From Eledone cirrhosa (lineage: Eukaryota), in NCBI GenBank assembly GCA_964016885.1, contig OZ024748.1, forward strand, positions 11,966,001 to 12,030,000: a stretch of DNA of 64,000 nucleotides. Reading direction: 5' to 3'. Of this stretch, positions 57,857 to 64,000 are shown one piece after another. Position 1 is the stretch's first letter. Every line of letters starts with the position of its first letter. The notes beneath the pieces were generated by a model. It made no database searches and was not told the DNA's origin. It was given only the letters and a program-made list of their open reading frames with translations. Position numbers and translations under genes: made by a program.

Positions 57857-59179
57857 CAGTCATCACACATCTTTAATAAATATTCTTTTTATTTGAATAT
57901 TTATTTATTTATTTATTATTATTATTATTATTATTTTTTTTTTTATTAAGCTTTAGTTTATAAAATGTTTTCTTTTTATTACTATATGTGTGTATGTGTG
58001 TGTCTGTGTGAGAGTTTGTGTGTGTGTATTTATGTGTCTGTGTGAGAGTTTGTGTGTGTGTACTTACGTGTGTGTAAGGCTATTTGCGTGTGTGTATTTA
58101 TGTGAGAGACAAGAGTTTAAGAGAAAGTGTGAGAGAGAAATATTGAGAGAGAAAGTTTAAGAGAGAAAAGGATTGAGAGAGAGAGAAATAAAGATTGAGA
58201 GAGAGAGAGAGAGAAAGTGGGAAAGAGAGAGAGAGAGAGAGTGAGAAAGATTGAGAAATAGAGAGAGAGAGAGGATGTAAAAGACAAAAAAACAAACTAA
58301 AGAAAAGCCGTCAAGTGAAATGTCCAATTATTAATTATTAATTGTTAATTGCTAATTATTAATCTGTTATTAATCCATAATTATTTTCTACGACAGCCAT
58401 ATTGTTTGGTGAAGTCTGAGAGTTTTTTTTGTTTTCAATGTACTGTTGTTGTTGTTGTTGTTGTTGTTATTGTTGTTGTTGTTATTGTTGTTGTTGTTAT
58501 TATTGTTGTTATTGTTGTTATTGTTGTTGTTGTTGCTATTGTTATTTGTGTTATTGGTGTTGTTGTTGTTATTAGTGTTATTGTTGTTATTGTTGTTGTT
58601 GTGTTGTTATTGTTGTTGTTGTTATTGGTGTTATTGTTGTTATTGATATTGTTGTTGTTGTTATTGTGGTTGTTGTTGTTGTTGTTGTTGTTATTGGTGT
58701 TATCGTTGTTATTGATATTGTTGTTGTTGTTATGGTTGTTGTTGTTGTTGTTAATATTGTTGTTGACAGACAATTTTACGGATCATTGGTCGATTTATAA
58801 AAAGGCGACAGTGTCTCCCAATCTATATTCTACTTCACCCATGGCTACCCCTACGCCTACCATTACGGTCCCCCGCCCTTTACTTTCATATCTTTATTTC
58901 TTTATTTATTGGTTCTTTCTTTCTCTGTTCCTTCCTTTCCTCTTTTTTTCCTTCCTTTCATGGTTTTCTCTATTAGGGGTTTGACATTTCATAACTGGTC
59001 TACTTACTACCAAGGAGGTTACAATTGCTCTTAACGAATTAGACGATCCGTCTAGTCTAGTCTAGAAGGTGATAACGGGGTGTTGAGGGTGGTATCGGGA
59101 CCAGACTCGGCCTCAACGAAATTAAACGGAAAAATCTGCGCGGATTTGCGTTGACATCCTTGGTACGACATAAATATGG

Positions 59180-59365
59180 TTTCTTATATAGGCACAAGGT
59201 CATCAATTTTGGGGGAAAGGAAAGTCGATTAAACGACCCCAGTGCGTGACTGGTACTTAATTCTATCGACCTCGTAAGGATGAAAGGCAAAGTTAACCTC
59301 GGTGGGATTTGAACTCAGATCATAAAGGGCCGTAACTCTATGCTGCAAAGCATGGCGTCCGACCC
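59180..59365 (-). mobile_element. SINE family A, head truncated
   Basis: Body and B-box present. Confidence 0.88.
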
Positions 59366-60640
59366 TTAGGTACGCCATAAATATAACAACATATACATCA
59401 GTAAAAGCATTACCAGACTGCCAAAAAATACTGGGACTGATATCATGAACTAAAATCCTTTACCGGTGTACTCCTATTATTCGAGACCCGAGACGAACAG
59501 TCAAGTACGAGGGTTGATTTAATCAAGTTTGCACTTCTCCACCTTACTCCAAATTTGTTGGCCTTGACCAACATTAGAAAGAATTATTACAAGGCTAAAT
59601 ATATGTTTAGTAAACAGGGTTGTAACTGTGGTTATATATAATATGTATATGTACATACTTCCACGCCATTGTTGAAAGCTAAACACACCACCTCAGCCAC
59701 CACCATCACCAGCACCACAGCCATAACTAACACTATTATCACCACCACGGCAACCAGCACCACCACCACCATCAACATCACTACTATCACCACCACCACC
59801 ACCATTACCATTACCATCATCGTCATCATCACTACCACCACCACCACCACCAACATCACCATCACTATCATCATTACCACCACCACCACCACCATCACCA
59901 CTAACTCCCACTACCACCACTACCACCACTACCACCACTGCCCCCACCATCACCCACCACTATCCACTCCCCACCACAACCCACTCCCCACCACCACCAC
60001 TACCTCACCACCACCACCACTATCACCACCACTACCATCACCACCACCACTACTGCCACTGCCCCCCCCCATCACTCACCACTCCCCACTCCCCCCATCA
60101 CTCCCCACTCCCCCCATCACTCACCACTCCCACTCCTCACCACAACCTTCTCCCCCCATCTCCCCCCATCACCCCCACCATCACCATTAAACCCCCTCCC
60201 CACCACCACTAATCACCTATGAAATATATTTAACTTTCTTTTTCCTCCACCTCCAAACTATCAAAAAAATATTCTTCAGTGGAAATTGACGTCAAATTGA
60301 CCCCAAAAGAGGTTCTATGACCCCATCCCTATACCCTGTACACCCACCCTTAATTCCATCTTTCTCTCTCCCCGTATATCATCTCTCTCTTTCTCCCCCC
60401 TCTCTCCCTCTCTCTCTCTCTATCTCCGTTTGTATCTCTTTCACGCCTTCATTCCTTCTCACTGTATCCGTCACTCTCTCTTTTCTCTTCTCTGTATGAT
60501 TAGGGTGAATGAGAGAGAGTGTGTGTATGTGCGAGAGAGGGGTGGGGGGGAGATAGAGATAAAGTGGGGGGGGGGAGAGAGAGAGGGAGAGAAGGACAGT
60601 GAGAATGAGGGAGAGATAGAGTTAGGAAGAATGAGGGAAA

Positions 60641-60688
<48 letters not shown>

Positions 60689-60721
60689 TCAAGAGAGAGA
60701 GAGAATGATGGAGAGAGTGGG

Positions 60722-60744
60722 AGAGAGAACGAACGAGAAAGAGC

Positions 60745-60783
<39 letters not shown>

Positions 60784-60914
60784 CGAGAAAGAGCGAGAGT
60801 GAGAGAGAGAGAGAGAACGAACGAGAAAGAGCGAGAGTGAGAGAGAGAGAGAGAACGAACGAGAAAGAGCGAGAGAGAGAGAGAGAGAGAGAACGAACGA
60901 GAAAGAGCGAGAGT

Positions 60915-60945
<31 letters not shown>

Positions 60946-61042
60946 CGAACGAGAAAGAGCGAGAGTGAGAGAGAGAGAGAGAACGAACGAGAAAGAGCGA
61001 GAGAGAGAGAGAGAGAGAGAACGAACGAGAAAGAGCGAGAGT

Positions 61043-61073
<31 letters not shown>

Positions 61074-61112
61074 CGAACGAGAAAGAGCGAGAGTGAGAGA
61101 GAGAGGGAGAGA
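60722..61112. repeat. Compound repeat: aacgaacgagaaagagcgaga core plus variable (GA)n, about 9 units
   Basis: Direct inspection. Confidence 0.92.
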
Positions 61113-61428
61113 GAAAGGGGGGATGGTGGCAGAAATAGTTGATTCGTGTGTAACGGAGCATTATTTAATGTTCACGCTTGGCTGCCTCTGATTTCTATTG
61201 GGTTCCCAATGAGGCGGACATGGTTTGCTGTTGCCGGAGATAGTTGAGTGTGGAGGAGGAGGATGAGGCGTTTGGATGGGTTGTCTCCCTTGCCCACCTC
61301 GCACTTCCACCAACGTTTGAGTGCCTGTGTATATACTGTGCATATATATATTATATATACATGCTGTATACACATATACACACATGTAAATCATAATTTA
61401 TTTAGGCATATGTCTGTATGCAGATATT

Positions 61429-61467
<39 letters not shown>

Positions 61468-61508
61468 ATATGTATATATATATATGTACACATATATTGT
61501 TTAAACAT

Positions 61509-61564
<56 letters not shown>

Positions 61565-62207
61565 TCACACATATATATATACATACACATACACATACAC
61601 ATACACAGGCCTTTAATTCAGCCAGTACAGTGTAAAATCTGTTTCACTATTTCAATGATAAGAAACAATGGAAAGGGCGGTACGGTGGTGGTGATGGTGG
61701 AGGCGGTAGTGGTGTGGATGGGGGGAGGGGGGTTGATGATGGTGGTGGTGTTTTGGTGGTGGTGGTGGTGTAGTGGTGGTGATGTGATGGTGCAGTGGTG
61801 GTGATGGTGATGGTGGTGGTGGTGGTGGTGGTGGTGCAGTAGAGGTGATGGTGATCATCGTGATGGTTGTGGTAAAGATGGAGGTGTTTGTGATAGTGGT
61901 TATGATGATGGCGATTGATTTGATGGTGCTATTGGTGGTAATTATGATAGAGCTAGTAGTAGTAGTAGTAGTAGTAGTGATGATGAATGTAGTGGCGATG
62001 GTGGTTGAGGTGTTGTATGAAATATTCTTAGACAGTGGATGAAACATTGATGTGGTGGTGTGGGAGGGGAGGGATATCTCCAACATGATGGTGTCAGTCA
62101 CGTGATTAGCTATCTCCAATAGGTGAGAGGTGAAGGAATATTTACTGCAAGGGTAATCAACGTTAAACAAAAGCTACAAATTAGCTAAGTCATTAGAGCA
62201 TCGAAAT

Positions 62208-62752
62208 AGAATGACTTAAAGTATTTGATCTGAGCTCAAATCCTATTTAGGTCAACTTTGAGAATACCTTATAGTAATTGATCTGAGCTCAAATCCTGCA
62301 TAGGTCAACTTTGAGAATACCTTATAGTAATTGATCTGAGCTCAAATCCTGTGTAGGTCAACTTTGAGAATGACGTACAGTATTTGATCTGAGCTCAAAT
62401 CCTGTGTAGGTCAACTTTGAGAATGACTTACAGTATTTGATCTGAGCTCAATCCTGCCTAGGTCAACTTTGAGAATGACGTACAGTATTTGATCTGAGCT
62501 CTAATCCTATGTAGGTCAACTTTGAGAATGACTTACAGTATTTGATCTGAGCTCAATCCTGCCTAGGTCAACTTTGAGAATGACGTACAGTATTTGATCT
62601 GAGCTCAAATCCTGTGTAGGTCAACTTTGAGAATGACTTACAGTATTTGATCTGAGCTCAATCCTGCCTAGGTCAACTTTGAGAATGACGTACAATATTT
62701 GATCTGAGCTTAAATCCTATGTAGGTCAACTTTGAGAATGACTTATAGTATT
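62208..62752 (+). repeat. 53-bp minisatellite, about 10 copies, amplified from the SINE A B-box region
   Basis: Unit gtatttgatctgagctcaaatcctgtgtaggtcaactttgagaatgacttaca; period checked 62227, 62280, 62333. Confidence 0.93.
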
Positions 62753-63096
62753 TTTTCGGAGGACAAATGCTGTTTATGTCAACTTTGCCTTTCATGATTT
62801 CTATATAAAAATATAATATCAGCAGAAAATATGCACAGTTACATAACAATAACAAACAAAGGCATCCTTACCTCGTCAGCCACCTTGCTGGCAGTGTAGT
62901 TTCGCACATTAATGTGGCACTGCACTTCTACACACACACACACACACACACAGACACACACACACACATATATATAGGTATGTATGACGGCCTGCTATAC
63001 TTTCTGTTTACCAAATTGCACATCGGTTATTCTTTTACTCTTTTACCTCTGCGATGCTGCTATTATGGGGAATATTATTATTGTTATTGCCGTAAA

Positions 63097-63390
63097 GGCG
63101 GTGGGTTGGCAGTATCGGTAGAGCATCGGACACCATGGTTTGCAGTATAGAGTTCAGTAACGTACTAGGGTCGATTCAATCGACATTTCCCTTTCCCCCA
63201 AAACTGTTGGCCTTGAGCCTAAATCAGAAACCATGGCAGTATCGGAAGAGGGCCGGACGCCCCTTTACGATCTGATTTCAAATCCCGCCGAGTTTAGCTT
63301 TGCCTTTCATCCTTACACGGTCGATAAAATAAAGTACCAGTAATACACTGAGATAATTACTGTTCTTGTGCCCAAAATAGAAACAATTAT
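63097..63390 (+). mobile_element. Two internally deleted SINE A copies in tandem
   Basis: Head plus tail 63097-63232; second head at 63234, then B-box, body and tail. Confidence 0.8.
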
Positions 63391-63703
63391 TACTGCTGCT
63401 GTTGGTGCTGTTGTCAATGATGTGATGTTGCTGTTGTTGTCCCTGATCAAGCAGTTGATTGATCAAAGGCATTCCATCCGTGACTAACCTGTCATTTATC
63501 TAAGCACATGGTATTCAGAAGAACCTATAATGGTTGAGACATTATTTTGAGGGGATTTGGTTGCTATTTCTATCATCTGGTGTTGTTAGTGTTGGTATTA
63601 GTGGTGTTGTTAATGGTGGTGGTGGTAGTGGTGGTAGTGGCGGTAGTGGTTTTAGTAGTGGTGTTAGTGAAAGGTGAGTTATGATACGCATACACATAGA
63701 CAC

Positions 63704-63734
<31 letters not shown>

Positions 63735-63871
63735 CATAAACATATATACATACACTTACGTCCATATATATACAGATACATATATACATACATACACATA
63801 TATAAATACATTTACATCCATACATTTACACATACATGCATGCACATACATACACACACACACACGCACAC

Positions 63872-63988
<117 letters not shown>

Positions 63989-64000
63989 CATATATACATA

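Overview
AT-rich, microsatellite-saturated eukaryotic non-coding DNA. It is most likely from an octopus (coleoid cephalopod); this is inferred from recalled SINE and LINE families, not from a search. Almost all ORFs in the supplied track are simple-repeat artefacts. Real content: about a dozen copies of a tRNA-derived SINE plus a second SINE family, and decayed LINE fragments (RTE, Tx1/L1, and R4/Dong inserted in a TAA repeat). There are also Tc1/mariner relics (DD41D, an Hsmar2-like irritans element, an 80-bp MITE), several minisatellites (two grown out of transposon sequence), one good 72-nt candidate exon, and a 200-N gap flanked by a ~3.3-kb false duplication. The most striking hidden signal is a dense set of short (TA)n-embedded elements carrying minimal type I hammerhead ribozyme folds with palindromic stem III, as known for Penelope-like elements. 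One four-copy family has a compensatory U3-A8 core pair. Many of these elements are arranged as near-perfect fold-back palindromes.
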